From the NCBI RefSeq assembly GCF_006345805.1, contig NC_042997.1:166222001-166286000 (forward strand): a stretch of DNA of 64,000 bases, written 5' to 3'. The number at the start of each line of letters is the position of its first letter. Position 1 is the stretch's first letter. This DNA is from Octopus sinensis (Eukaryota). A program made the translations under genes and the position numbers. The notes under the pieces were generated by a model. It made no database searches and was not told where the DNA came from. It was given only the letters and a program-made list of their open reading frames with translations. Of the stretch, positions 51,473 to 64,000 are shown in pieces.

Positions 51473-51526
51473 TTGTGAAACTTCCTCTTCTGATTCAATG
51501 CTAATTCAATTGACATTTTTTCATAC
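51473..51526 (-). CDS. TMX3: TMX3-like exon ((x)YEKMSIELALNQKRKFH(N))
   Basis: Strong tttttgtttcag acceptor and gtaagc donor, 54 nt, phase 2/2, in frame with the next exon giving ...KFHN-QFQF. Confidence 0.85.
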
Positions 51527-53389
51527 CTGAAACAAAAAGGAATATATTCATAAGTTGATATGCTTACATTCCACTAAATTGGTTGCACAATTTGGTTTAA
51601 CATGGACCTATGTTAAATAGGTGTGAAAGTTTTATCCCATTTTTTCCTCCATTTAGTCAAGGCAAGAAGGCCAGGGCATCATAAATGTCACTACAACACA
51701 ACATCTCAATGAACCATGGCTTCAGTTTGAGTCCCATTCATGCATTTACAGTTTAGGAAAGATATGAGCAATGCTAATTCCCAACAATAAGACAACATGG
51801 TGTTGAAAGGACATTTAATGTGAAATTGATGGGAACTGGCGATGCTCATCATTATTGTGATGATAGTGATAAGAGCAATGGTGATTGTGATGACAATGAT
51901 GGTGGTAGTGGAGATAATTATGGAGAGTGGAATATCAGAATCACAATAGAACACTAGAGTAAATTCTGGAGCTATCTAGTTATAGCTTATAGTTTATTTG
52001 TTATATCTCAGGAGTTGATGAAATAAAGTATACAATAAGATCTAGGTTTTACTTCAGTGATTACAGAGCTTCCTAACAAATTTCTGAGCTTACATCAAAG
52101 AAAGAACACATTATTAGTATTTTCCTTATTATTACTGAGAGGCAAGTTATCTGATCGATGAACATGTGCTCCTACTTTAACTTTGAGATTTTGACCAAAA
52201 GATATGCAATAAAACCAAGACTACATGTGATATCATGTCGAGCATTTATAAATTCAAATGCTCTAAATTGTCATCCATAATTATTGTACCTTGCCTATTG
52301 AGAAACTTCATTCATTAAATGGATCCTAAATGAATCTTAGATTTTATGTTTTTGTAATTATTGTAGTTTAACCATTGGACAGTCCTGGTTAAGTAAATTT
52401 ACAACCAAAGACATTCCAGCTGTCACCATCATATTTTTATCCAAACACAGTATATCTAACTCTACATTATCTAAAGTGTCTGTCATTTTTTAAGACCGCA
52501 GTGTATGATTTGAGGGAGACCTCATTGTTATTTCTAACAGGTTGAGAGACGACATTGAGACTCCCTCATTAGCTCATCAGATTTTAAGATTGCAATGGGG
52601 TTCCTCCAGTTGTTGAACATTCTCTCTCTCTAGCTTTCGTTTACATCCAACAAATCCCTTCATGAAATTTGCAGGGAAATGTCTACCTCATCCCAATCTC
52701 TAAACATTTCTTTGCACACTTTACCTCACTACTGGGGATTTTTTTTATTTGTTAAAAGTCACTCTCGGCTTAAATTCTTATAAGGCACTTCCTCCCACTC
52801 TTCTTTTCTATATCATTTTCTCTTAAACTTCCTCAGACTTTTAGCAAACTTTTGTCTTTTTACCAAGGTTCCCAGCCTTTTACATGTTTTTTACCTATTG
52901 ATAATTTTTTGAGAGTAAGTGTATGTAAATTTATCTCTATTCTGTTTTGTTTTATAATTTAAGTTTACACTCCTACAAAACAATAAAGAGAAAACTTAAA
53001 ATATAGTTGCTAAACATTATTAAAGTTCAACTAACAATAACAATAAAAAAACACACAATATTACTTCACTTTTTTATTAACTGAAGTTAAACCGATACCA
53101 GAATCAAACACAGACTTGTGAATTAGTAATACTATAATTAAGAATTATACAATAGAGATTATTAAACCTAAAATAGAAGGAAATTTTTTTGATTTTGTTT
53201 TTGCTTTTTCAAAATAGGTTAACTGCAAATTTTCTTCTCAATTTCAGATTTTAAAATTTAATTGAAACTAAAATATAAATCCAGAATCAGCAAATTTATT
53301 CCTTGGGTAAACGAAACATAGCTCCTGGGAATAAATCTATTCATTAACACACATCTCTTTCCTCATTCTTTTTTCAGTGGGGCGTGGAC

Positions 53390-53602
53390 TTTTGATACCA
53401 ACCCACCTGACACCACTCTCGGTTCTATGATATAAACATCCTGCTTTACAGTGGTCTAAATTAAAACTTACTCTCAAAATTTCAGGCTAATTTATGTTCC
53501 AAACACCAGCTTATACTGACAAAATTATTCTATTAAATTCATTATTTACAAAATTATTTGAAACAAAAGCACTGTATTTCAACAGAAACAGTAACGAAAG
53601 GG
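53390..53602 (-). mobile_element. piggyBac-type MITE, same family as 55278-55477
   Basis: Reverse-complement similarity to 55278-55477; ends aaagggtta. Confidence 0.6.
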
Positions 53603-53649
53603 TTATAGATTAAAAAACATTTTTGTAGACAATTTTCCTAACCAATCCC

Positions 53650-54330
53650 ACACTATTCACATAACAAAGCCCTTTCCAAACTCCTTTTCTCAATCTCTAA
53701 ATATCTCACCTACACAGTTTCCAAGGGTAAAATCTCTGGTCCTGAAAGTGCTCCCTCTGTTATTCTCAAAAAAGTGCACTCCAGAACTAATACACATCCT
53801 CACTGAACTCATCAAACTTTTCCTCTAAACAGAAATCTTCCCCAACTAATGGAAAAAGCAACGGTATATTCTATTCTCAGAAGCAGCAACATTTCTGACC
53901 CAGCCTACTAGCAAACTATCAACCTCACTTCCAACATTTCAAAATGATGGAGAAAGGTAAAACATCCATCTACTTTATTTACTTTTGGTCTTTTACTCTT
54001 CTCACTGATTATCTGTATGGTTTCTGGAGATCTGTTTTTCCTACATTACAATACCAGTAGTCTTTTGCCATTGAGAACTTTAGTAAAACTATAGTTGCTG
54101 CTCTTCACATTATTAAAACCTTCATTCATAACTGACGCAACGTTGCTGGTTTGTGAACCTTACCTTTCTTTCATTTCTTAGGTCAGAAATTTCCTCTCAG
54201 ACTGCTTGATCATACGATATGCATTGACACAACTAAAAACCAAACATGCCTTACAATTTCTGATGATCTTTCAGAATAACCTTACATATATAAGATTGCT
54301 GTAACTAAATCCCAAAGATTACACTTTTTT
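53650..54330 (+). mobile_element. Heavily decayed CR1/L2-type reverse transcriptase fragment, intronic
   Basis: GPESAPSVILKK-CTPEL...FP..WKK...SDPAY...LTSNIS remnants with many frameshifts. Confidence 0.6.
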
Positions 54331-55277
54331 GGGGGGATTATGAAAAATCCTTTAACACTGATCAGTGGTGACTGTACAAAATTTAAGTGTGTCTCACACA
54401 AAAATATAATCAGATTGACTGGTGAGCATTTATCACCAACATACTAAGACTGTTGACACAAGAGATACACTGTTTCCTTTTCTGAAATGACTATTGTTGT
54501 TCTGATCTAGCAAACTGATCAAACAAATCTCTACCTAATCCCAACTACTTTGTCTGCTTTTGTATCCTTAATGTATTACTCCTAAACCATTACACTAAAC
54601 ACTTTACAAAATCCTTCCTGTCTAGAACTAGAACCCTCTAAAGTTCCCTCCCCTTGTTTTCCTAGTAGATATTAACCTATAAAAGTTCAAGCTGAACATC
54701 AAATACATTGATGTCAACAATATGGAAGGAGTAGCAAATGAAAACGGGTGCCATCACTTTTCTTATAACTAAATAACAAAAAAGTAAATAATTCATTAAA
54801 TGTCTCACTGACAAAATGGCCATACTGTAAAGAAATCAGTAAAAATACATCTACCTACATAACAAAATTATCTCAACTGATTAAATTCTTTCTCTGACAA
54901 AATTATATTGTGTAATAATTTGGGCAATACATATTTACTTGTTTCTGTCAAGTTCTAAAGAGGTTCAAGTTTAAAAAAAAAACATTTGTATTTAAAAGGA
55001 AATCCATCTATAAAAATATATGCTCTAATAATTTCATAATTCCTATTTGCAAAAGTTTGTGCATTATAAAATATTTATAATATGATCATTAACAATTTTA
55101 ATAAATATTAAAATTCCAATTCTAATATAGAATCAGGTAATTATATAATAAGTATGGGTGGGTTTGATGATACAAAGAGCCATACACATGAATAACAAAT
55201 TTTGTGAAACTATGAAGTGTAGGCAGAATGCAAACATAGTTAAATAATGTCATTATCAACATTAAATTTCTTCTTAA

Positions 55278-55477
55278 CCCTTTCATTACTGTATTTATTT
55301 TGAGTTACTTTAGATATAACAAAGAATTTAGTAAAATAACTTAGTTATCATTCAGCTAGTGTTAGGAACATAAATTGAGACTAAAGTTTGGTGGGAGATT
55401 TTAATTCAAAACTTACGAAAACAAGACATTTGTACTCAGAGCCAGATCCGGTTTCAGCCGGGTTGGTGTCAAAAGGG
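55278..55477 (+). mobile_element. piggyBac-type MITE, 200 bp
   Basis: TTAA|CCCTTT...AAAGGG|TTAA. Confidence 0.8.
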
Positions 55478-56501
55478 TTAAAGAAATTTTCTTTGACACC
55501 TTTTTTACATTTAAAAATATTGGCACTTGCCCAAGGTGCTACACAGTGGGACTGAACCCGGAACTATGTGGTTCATAAGCAAGCTACTTACCACACAGCC
55601 ACTCCTATGCCTATGAACTCTTCATAGTTTCACAATACTTACATATAAAAACATTACAATATTGATTTGGTAGGATATGTTTGATACCCCTGATCATCCC
55701 AGTTAATGAACTGAGTTTCATATATATGTTCCATGATACAAAGTGTAAAAATGAATATCAACTAAGACAGGAATGTCATTTAATGACCTACTAAACTTTC
55801 AATTAACAACATGCAAACTACTTTTGATCTACAGTTAGAACTGATTCATTTATGTCCCTAAATTCTGAGGGAAAAAAGAGAAGAATGTCACAACTTCTCA
55901 TTGCATCTTCTCCAGGAATCTGACCTGACCATTCAAAAGATTTAGAAACTTCTGCAAATCAGATATTCTAGAAATGTCAGAAACATCACAGTCTGGAACA
56001 ATCTGTGACAATAATTATTTTGACATGGTAATATGACCAGTAGATACAATAAACTACCAATAGCATTACATGGTCCTACATTTATACAGCTTGTCTCTAT
56101 AAATAATGCTATATGAATAAGTCACAATATTTTATTAAAACAACTAGAATTGTTTAAATTAAAAAATACTTTTCTATTATTTAATACTTCAAAAAAGACC
56201 TAACATTTTCTGTAATAGTTATAGAAAACTCTGAGGACTTCCATCCCATTTTTTCCCTTCTTTCTTTCTAAACTGATGGTCTAGTTTGTCTGGGAATATT
56301 CCTTATCTTAAATTGGTATTATTCTAGGGAATTATTTTCCCTTTCTCTGTTTGTGGGATAGTGTGAAATAACAAAGCCACCTTTTCTTATTTCTAAGTAG
56401 GTTGATGAATAGTTTCTCACATTTGCTTAAAATGAAAAAAGCTTTCCAATTTTTTTTAACCATTTATTTTTATCTCTCTCTCTCTCTCCCATATGTATGT
56501 A

Positions 56502-56575
<74 letters not shown>

Positions 56576-57220
56576 TGTGTGTGTGTGTACACATACATAC
56601 ATTTACTACATTGCAGAAAACACACATATAAGTTAGTACAAATATTTCGCCATATTACATACTTAAAAATAAACAAAATCATCCTCTCTAGATGGCATTT
56701 CTTTTGTTCTCCCTAACACACTATATCTGTTGTTCAGATTTTTCTTCTCACTCCTTTTTCATTATCAACATCAGAATGACTCAGTTATCAAAATTTCTTC
56801 CAGGTTCTACATACAGAGGTTATCACTCACATTTGTTTTATTTATTGTTTTTTTTTCTCTTTTTTTTTTTTGCTATCCAACAGAAAAATAAATTTCTGTT
56901 CATAGAACGGAAAGACGCTTCCGGCTATGAAAGGGTTTACTGAGTAGGTGTTTGTTTCAACTGAGATTTGGAAACATGTAAGATTTGATAGAGGTTCACC
57001 AGAGAGAAATTCTAGATAAGGCAGTTTTGAACATAAGCATTTATTGTTTGGTGTTATGTCGAGAGAGAAAGGAGGGGAGTAAAGAGAGAGAGAGAGAGAG
57101 AAAGAGTGTGGGAGATAGAAATTGATTTTAATAGTACTAAGGTACTAGATGGCTTGTACAGAGTATAGGATTTTATTGTAATGCTTCAGGTAATAATGAA
57201 AAGATGCGATATGACACATA

Positions 57221-57736
57221 GGCACATGAGTGGCTGTGTGGTAAGAAGCTTGCTTCCCTACCACATGGTTCCAAGTTCAGTCCCACTGCATGACACCTTG
57301 GGTAAGTGTCTTCTACTATAGCCTCAGGCTGACCAAAGCCTTGTGAGTGGATTTGGTAAACGGAAACTGAAAGAAGCCTGTTGTATGTATATGTATGTAT
57401 GTCTGCCAAATCAGACTGGAGCCTAGTGCAGCCTCCATGGCTTACCAGACCCCGGTCGAACCATCCAGCCCATGCTAGCATGGAAAACGGACGCTAAATG
57501 ATGATGATGATGATGTATGAATGTGTGTGTACCTTTGTCCCCCACCACCACTTGACAACCAGTGTTGATGTGTTTATATCCCTGCAACTTAGCAGTTCAG
57601 CAAAAGACTCTGATAAAATAAGTACCAGGCTTTAAATGAAAAAAGTCCTGGTGTCAATTTGTTCAGCTATACCTTTCAAGGCAGTGCCCAAGCATGGCCA
57701 CAGTCAAATGACTTAAACAGGTAAAAGATAAAAGAT
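57221..57736 (+). mobile_element. SINE family A with an RTE-type 3' tail fragment nested at ~57402-57515
   Basis: Family A head and tail interrupted by ...catgctagcatggaaaacggacgctaaatgatgatg. Confidence 0.8.
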
Positions 57737-58100
57737 ATGAGATGAATGTGATGTGATTGTTTAACCCCAGGTCAGTTTTGATCAATAGACTTTCAATCAT
57801 GGCCATTCCACCCTAACTATTACACCTTTTATCTAGATACAGTGCAGTCTCTGATACTAGTACATTCTCTACATACATTCTCCAGACTATCTTTTAAGAA
57901 GTTAGTACATGACTTGAGTTAAATCTGATTATTATTTCCAGCAACTTGAGTAACTGCAAAGAGACCACTTTACTGGATTAAGTGAAGAAAGGCTGAGGTT
58001 GGAAGGCAAATAAATGAGAAACTGGACTTTGCTAGGTTGATACAAGGGTATTTCACTGGACTGCAGTTATGGAGAAGAAGGACTGAGAAAAAATGTTTAA

Positions 58101-58610
58101 CCCCTTGACAACGGTTGACGCAAATATGTGATCACACTTTTGCTTGCCTACACGCGGTTAACGTAAATATACGATGTAGAGCTGCCATACATCTATCTCA
58201 GACTTTTTAGTGGCTGATGTATGGTTACGTTCGCTATCGTGTACTTTAATTCTTGAGGTGCGCGTGCTCGCCGTCCTGTGCATTATCTTAGCTATTTTAG
58301 GTTACGTTCAAGTCATGAGACTAGCAGTAGACCAATGACATGCGGATACCTTACATGCATAATACTGTGTTTCAAGTTGTACCACACGCAAGCTATTTTT
58401 TTTTAACTTGAGCAGAATAACTCGTGCATATCATATTATGATAAATAGCTTCAAAAACCGGTAGACATAAATGTACAACACTATGTTATTCTAACGGTGA
58501 ATGTAAATAGACGTGAGCTCGTTGGCACTTGTGTGTTTGTGTGGCCTCATTAGATAAAAAAGAACCGGAGCAGTGTCTTGCATGCTTCGGGTAATACCAG
58601 CGTCAAGGGG
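58101..58610. mobile_element. piggyBac-type non-autonomous element, 510 bp
   Basis: TTAA|CCCCTTGAC...GTCAAGGGG|TTAA; CpG-richer than its flanks. Confidence 0.88.
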
Positions 58611-59030
58611 TTAATGTAAAGTTGAAAGGAAGTGACACAAAATAGAGATAATGAGAATCACACAGCCAAGCTTGCATCACAGAGATTATGATATCTTTCC
58701 AAAAGCCAGATAATACACAGCTGCTGTGCCTATACAAAATCAAAGTAAATTTTGCAACACATTCCTACTCATGCACCTGGTATTGAGTTCCCATCACATA
58801 TGCATATAGGACTGTTTCTAAAATAAAGTTATTCACACAATAAACAAACCTTCACTCACAAACATTTTAAGTCACTTAGCCATTGCTATAGTTACTACAA
58901 CGGTCTTTGCAAAGAATTTTCTATTTGTATTATGCCCCTACTAACCCACTCATCTCATCGAACACCCCTTCTCTCTTCACATTTACTGTGCTTTGCCTTT
59001 ATGAACCTACATTAAGGTTATATATATATA

Positions 59031-59290
59031 TAGGTGGCACGTAAAAAACACCATTTGAGCGTGGCCGTCGCAATTACCACCTGACTGGCCCTCGTGCCGG
59101 TGGCACGTAAAAGCACCCACAACACTCTTGGAGTGGTTGGCGTTAGGAAGGGCATCTAGCTGTAGAAACATGCTAGATCAGATTGGAGCCTGGTGCAGCC
59201 ATCTGGTTTGCCAGTCCTCAGTCAAATCATTCAACCAATGCTAGCATGGAAAGCGGACGTTAAACGATGATGATGATGATAATGATGATA
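59031..59290 (+). mobile_element. RTE 3'-UTR-derived fragment with (GAT)n tail
   Basis: Matches the 3' UTR of the RTE at 18079-18350 in the opposite orientation. Confidence 0.85.
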
Positions 59291-62096
59291 TATTTCCAAT
59301 CTTTTCTCCCAGGAACTGCCTCTCTTTGGTGGGTCCTCACTGCCTATATTTTCTCACAACCACTGACCTTCAGAAAGTTCAAACCAAGCTAAACTGCATT
59401 AAACTCCCCTACATGTACCACCCCCAACCCTTGCCCCAGCAAAGGAGAACATTGAAAGATCATGAGTGCAGCTCTTTCAAATCCGACTGTTATAAAAGTA
59501 GAATGAACATTTGGAGTAATCTAAACTCCATATCATAAAAAATCCAAGCCATTGCTTTAGAGTTTGCAACAATACCACCTCATACAATAAATGATTACAT
59601 GACTTTGTAAACAACATCAGAGTGCCACATGTTACTTAGAATTTTACAACAGAAAATGTGATTTTGAAAAACTTAAACAAGAACTGAAACTTTAATCTTC
59701 AGATTGCATGTGCTCTATCTCTTTAACTTGGGGTTTTATCTCGAAATTTCTTTTACAAAACTAAATACATCTCACATACAAAATAACTGATATACTGCAC
59801 TCAACCTTACATAATTTCCAGTACACACAGACACAAACACAGAATAATACTAATAATACAGTCAGAAACACTAAAACACAGACACATAAAAATAAAAATT
59901 ACCACCAACGCTAACAATTTGCCAGAGACATGATAAATAGATAACAGCTATTAATCATATCTAATAATCAACATCAAAATACAACCAGCCCATCTTAACA
60001 GTGAGTTCATCTTTATATATTTGCATAGTTTCTGAATTATTTCTAACAGAGATTGATAACAGGAATACCTTTCTGGCAGTAGTTATTCAATCAGAAATAA
60101 AGAATTACATTCTTTACAACAGTTTGAAAATAATAATAACCAGCACTGCTATGTGAATCTATATGCCTAAATGGTTGCTTAAATTGTAGATAGTTCGCAG
60201 TCTTAGTTTTCATAGCAATTAGATCATTGATGGAGATATGAACACATAAGTGAGGTAGGTCAGAGGAATTTGTAAATTAGTTATTTGCAAGTATTTTTGT
60301 AAGTTTAAATATATTGTGTGTTATTATTTAAGGACCGATATAATTTTCCTGTTAGAAGATGTAAAAAATTGCATCTGACAGAACACACTAGTAAGATTAA
60401 GACATGATAATTACAAGAACAAAGGAATGCAAGATTAAATGTCTAGCCCCAAAATATAGAATGAAATGTCCATAGAGTATTTAATTTTAACACCACTGAG
60501 GTCACCATCATATTCACTCAACCAATTCACTTCTACATTTAATGCACTGATTACCTAAAACTGCAGGCATATTTATAAAAAGGTCAATCAATGTATATAG
60601 TTAACTAAAACATATATCCTAAGCCAATGAGGGAGTCACTATGAATTTTTTTAAACAGAAGAAAAGAAGTATTGGGAAATATAGTTAAATAATACAGGAT
60701 AACCCCAGCTAAAAACCTTTAATATCATAGATCTGCCTGGTCAGAGATGACCTGGTGTTAAACAACAACATACAACTTGATAGTTGTGTGCCCAGGAACC
60801 CAGACATTTTAATAGATTTTCTTAGTTCCCAGTCTTGTCACATCTGCCTTTAATTATTCACCACTTGTGACTTTAACCATTTAAAATGAAAGTACCTCTT
60901 TTTTTCTTTACTTGTTTTGGAAATTTACTTTATTCTTCACTTCAAGGCTATTATGATATATTTTGATACAGAACGACATTAAAAAGAAAAGAGAAAAGAA
61001 TGATGTGATGAAACAGAATAAGAGAGAGAGAGAAGCTTATAAGTTATCCACCTTGATTCTCATGTTGCTGCTACATGAATGATACATGGAGAACACATCA
61101 GCCATTGAAGAACATTAAATCAAATGTGTAGAAAAGACTGACAGAATGTACAAGAGAAAAATAAGATATACATATTACACTATATTTCAGAAACTATGTA
61201 CATATAGAGGCTTGTTCACATTTTTAATTCCCCTTCAGAATTAAACAGATAATTTTGAAAGGGCAACATAAATGCACGCTTTAAGAAACAGGATGTTATA
61301 TTCGGAAGTAGGACTAGAGTCAAAATGTTGTAGGCGATAAGAGAAACATAAAGATCCTAAAGAAGAGACACCAAATCTCCAAATCTGACTGCCATTCAAA
61401 GAACCCTTTGTATTCTCATGTCAACAGCTAGATACAGATATGTGAGGACATGACTGTTTCTAAGTTCCAAGTGCTTCTTTCATCAGAAAGATCATTAAGT
61501 GCAAGAGCCAACAAATAAGACTGCTCACTACCATCACTAACTCACAGACTCCACTCCTCCGGAAGTTGAAACAGACTAACCCTAATATATGAAAGCCTCT
61601 TTTAAACCAAACAGTAGAAATCAACATTAAACAACATTTTATCAACTTCAGTTTATTTTTCAGGCTTATTTACATTTACCAAAAATTGCTTATAGACTTA
61701 TACAGTAGCATTAAGAACCCAACAATAATACTAATTTCCGAAAATTATATTACCAAAATTACTAGTAAACTAATTTGTTTTAGTAGCCATAATATTCAAA
61801 CCTTAGCAACAAAGTTTCAGTGATACCGTAGTTCCAAATTCATGCTGCATTACCAAAGAAAACATGCCAAAGTATACATGATGCACGATTTACTGTAGTA
61901 CAATGACAGAGAAATTATTCCCATCTAAAGTAGGTTTAACTTGTCAACCTATTACCAGTGTAATCTTACCCACACAAAATGTATGTCACTAGTGTCACTA
62001 TTATATTATTTTTATCTCCTAGAACAATTGAGAGATATTGACCAAACTATTCTAGATTGAATGCAAATAGTGGAGGGGAGGTCTCTTTCTCAACTG

Positions 62097-62097
62097 C

Positions 62098-62156
<59 letters not shown>
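62097..62156. repeat. (TC)n microsatellite
   Basis: Directly visible; a similar (TC)n tract is at 25063-25142. Confidence 0.95.
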
Positions 62157-62158
<2 letters not shown>

Positions 62159-64000
62159 CATTCATTCATTCATTAATTCTTTTCACCTTTAGTGAATGAA
62201 CATTATTGAAAATTATGTGCAAATATCAGGTTTTACTTTCTTTTCCCTCACAATACTCTAATCTTGACATAATTTATGACATAATTTAGGCTATTTATGC
62301 CAAAATTATGCTATAGGCAGTGCTAAATAAACAGCTTTAGGTGCAACATGTTTTTTTACAAGTGCAATATGTTCTTGACAAAACTAAGCTTTTGTTTAAG
62401 CTGTTCCACAACTGAATTTTCTTTTTCATAAACTTTATTAGAAATTATACAAAATCTAATCCACAACCTTTATGCTTTTCAGTTTTTATACTATCTTTAA
62501 ATAAATCATCATCATCATCATTATTATTATTATCATCATAATTATTGTTATTGTTTTTATTAAGTCTGGATAAAAGGAACAGTTATCATAAACTTTGCAC
62601 ATCATCCTAGACTAGTAATTTTAGCACCATTAATGTTCAGTGCCTATAGAGAAAAGATGGGCAAGGAGAGTATTACAATGATACAATTCCAAATAGGAAT
62701 AGTTGAGCAAAGTACTCAATACATGTCTGAGACACTAGAGATGACAAACAGAAGTAGATTAATCATTTGGTATACATCTTGCTTTTCAATCATGCAAGAA
62801 CTTCTGTAGTGGTAAGAGAAGAAACAAGGAGAGGACACACCATGTTCATGAGCACATGCTTGTTGTTATTGCTAGTGCTATGTTCACACGGATGAAACAG
62901 ACTTAAGATCAAAGGTGTTTTAATCATCATTAACCCATCTGATGATATCTATGTCATTTCATTTTTAAGGCAGTAAGTAGGGTGTGATGAGAAAGATTTG
63001 CTCCTTCTTTCTAGCAGGTCAGGCAATGCATAGAGGCTTCCTCGGGATGTTGATGAGTGAGGGTTTGCTAGACAGTTGGTGAAAGATCTAGAATGTCAGT
63101 GTAACAAGTGTTCTGTTCTAATTATGTGAGCAGCAGCAGTACATATAAGTATACTTCGTAATGGATCAACAACTACTCAAAATCAAACTATTTTCTGACC
63201 CTGAAAAGGAAACCTAACTTTTCTAACACTTATTTTATCTTTCATCTCTCTGAAGTTTGATAGAATAACTTCAAGAAATATAATGGAACAAATTCAATCA
63301 ACTATATTTCTCCTACTTCATATATTAAAAAAAAAAAGAATCTCACTATCCAGTCAAAAATAGTTAAGTATTAGACTTAATATTTTGCTTCGGTAAGCAT
63401 TATTTAGTACGACATAATATTATATTATCACTGATATTCTAAATATTCCTGGCATCTGATAAACATGATCACAGAATACAAGTTGCTGCTGTTATTACAA
63501 CTTATGTTAAGTTTAATAAATAGCTTTTGGCTATGTTGGAAGTCTGTATATTTTAAATGTTAGAAATTTTAATTTATGTTGGTATCATATGACAATTAGG
63601 CTGAAATATCTAACAACATTCAATAGAGCAAACAGCTTCACATATCAAGCAGCTTTATATTACTGTTGGCATCATATATCAAATGACTTTATATCATGTT
63701 ATACAGTAGTTTTTAAATATTATTAGTATCAATTTCATAATTTGTATTATTGAGTAGTTATAATCAGTTGCTTTCATAGTAACTAATGTAATGCTTTACT
63801 ATTTAATGTTCAAACCTTATTGTATGTAATCCCCTTTACTCTGTTATAGGTCAATGAATAAGTACCAGTAATAAATTTTAAGTTGAAATTCTGACTTAGG
63901 ATTTCTACTTAGAACATCAAGGCAAAGAACTAAATGCCAAACAAGCCAATGCAATCATTTGGCCTACTAGAAATAAGAACCAAATCTCTCTCAGATTATA

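Noticed and set aside
54432-54482. Small AG/GT-bounded candidate exon ending in phase 2
   Set aside because: Splicing it to the 51526 exon creates TAG, and there is no TMX3 similarity.
59893-59926. Minus-strand SGKLLALVVIF resembling the missing TMX3 exon start
   Set aside because: There is no AG acceptor at the required position and no phase-compatible donor.
63915-63963. Minus-strand (G)QMIALACL after a good acceptor
   Set aside because: An in-frame TGA occurs before any usable donor.

Overview
Eukaryotic, AT-rich and microsatellite-laden DNA. The repeat families and landscape point to an octopus (coleoid cephalopod) genome; this is inference, not a database match. Bases ~1-34,000 are an intergenic transposon graveyard: at least four tRNA-derived SINE families, non-autonomous Helitrons, MULE/hAT/piggyBac-type DNA elements, a decayed Sola3-like transposon with TTAA TSDs (12370-14818), and RTE, CR1/L2 and Gypsy fragments. 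It also holds Penelope-type pseudo-LTRs carrying hammerhead ribozymes. Two complete type I hammerheads lie in tandem 603 nt apart, a retrozyme-like layout. Four co-oriented fragments of a restriction-like-endonuclease LINE all sit in or against (CATA)n microsatellites. Bases ~37,500-64,000 are CpG-poor and contain the last five coding exons of a TMX3-like protein disulfide isomerase gene on the minus strand; its upstream exons were not found in this window. Most ORFs in the supplied track are microsatellite artefacts. No rRNA, true tRNA gene or CRISPR array was found. Repeat boundaries were read by eye and are approximate unless TSDs or splice sites are quoted.
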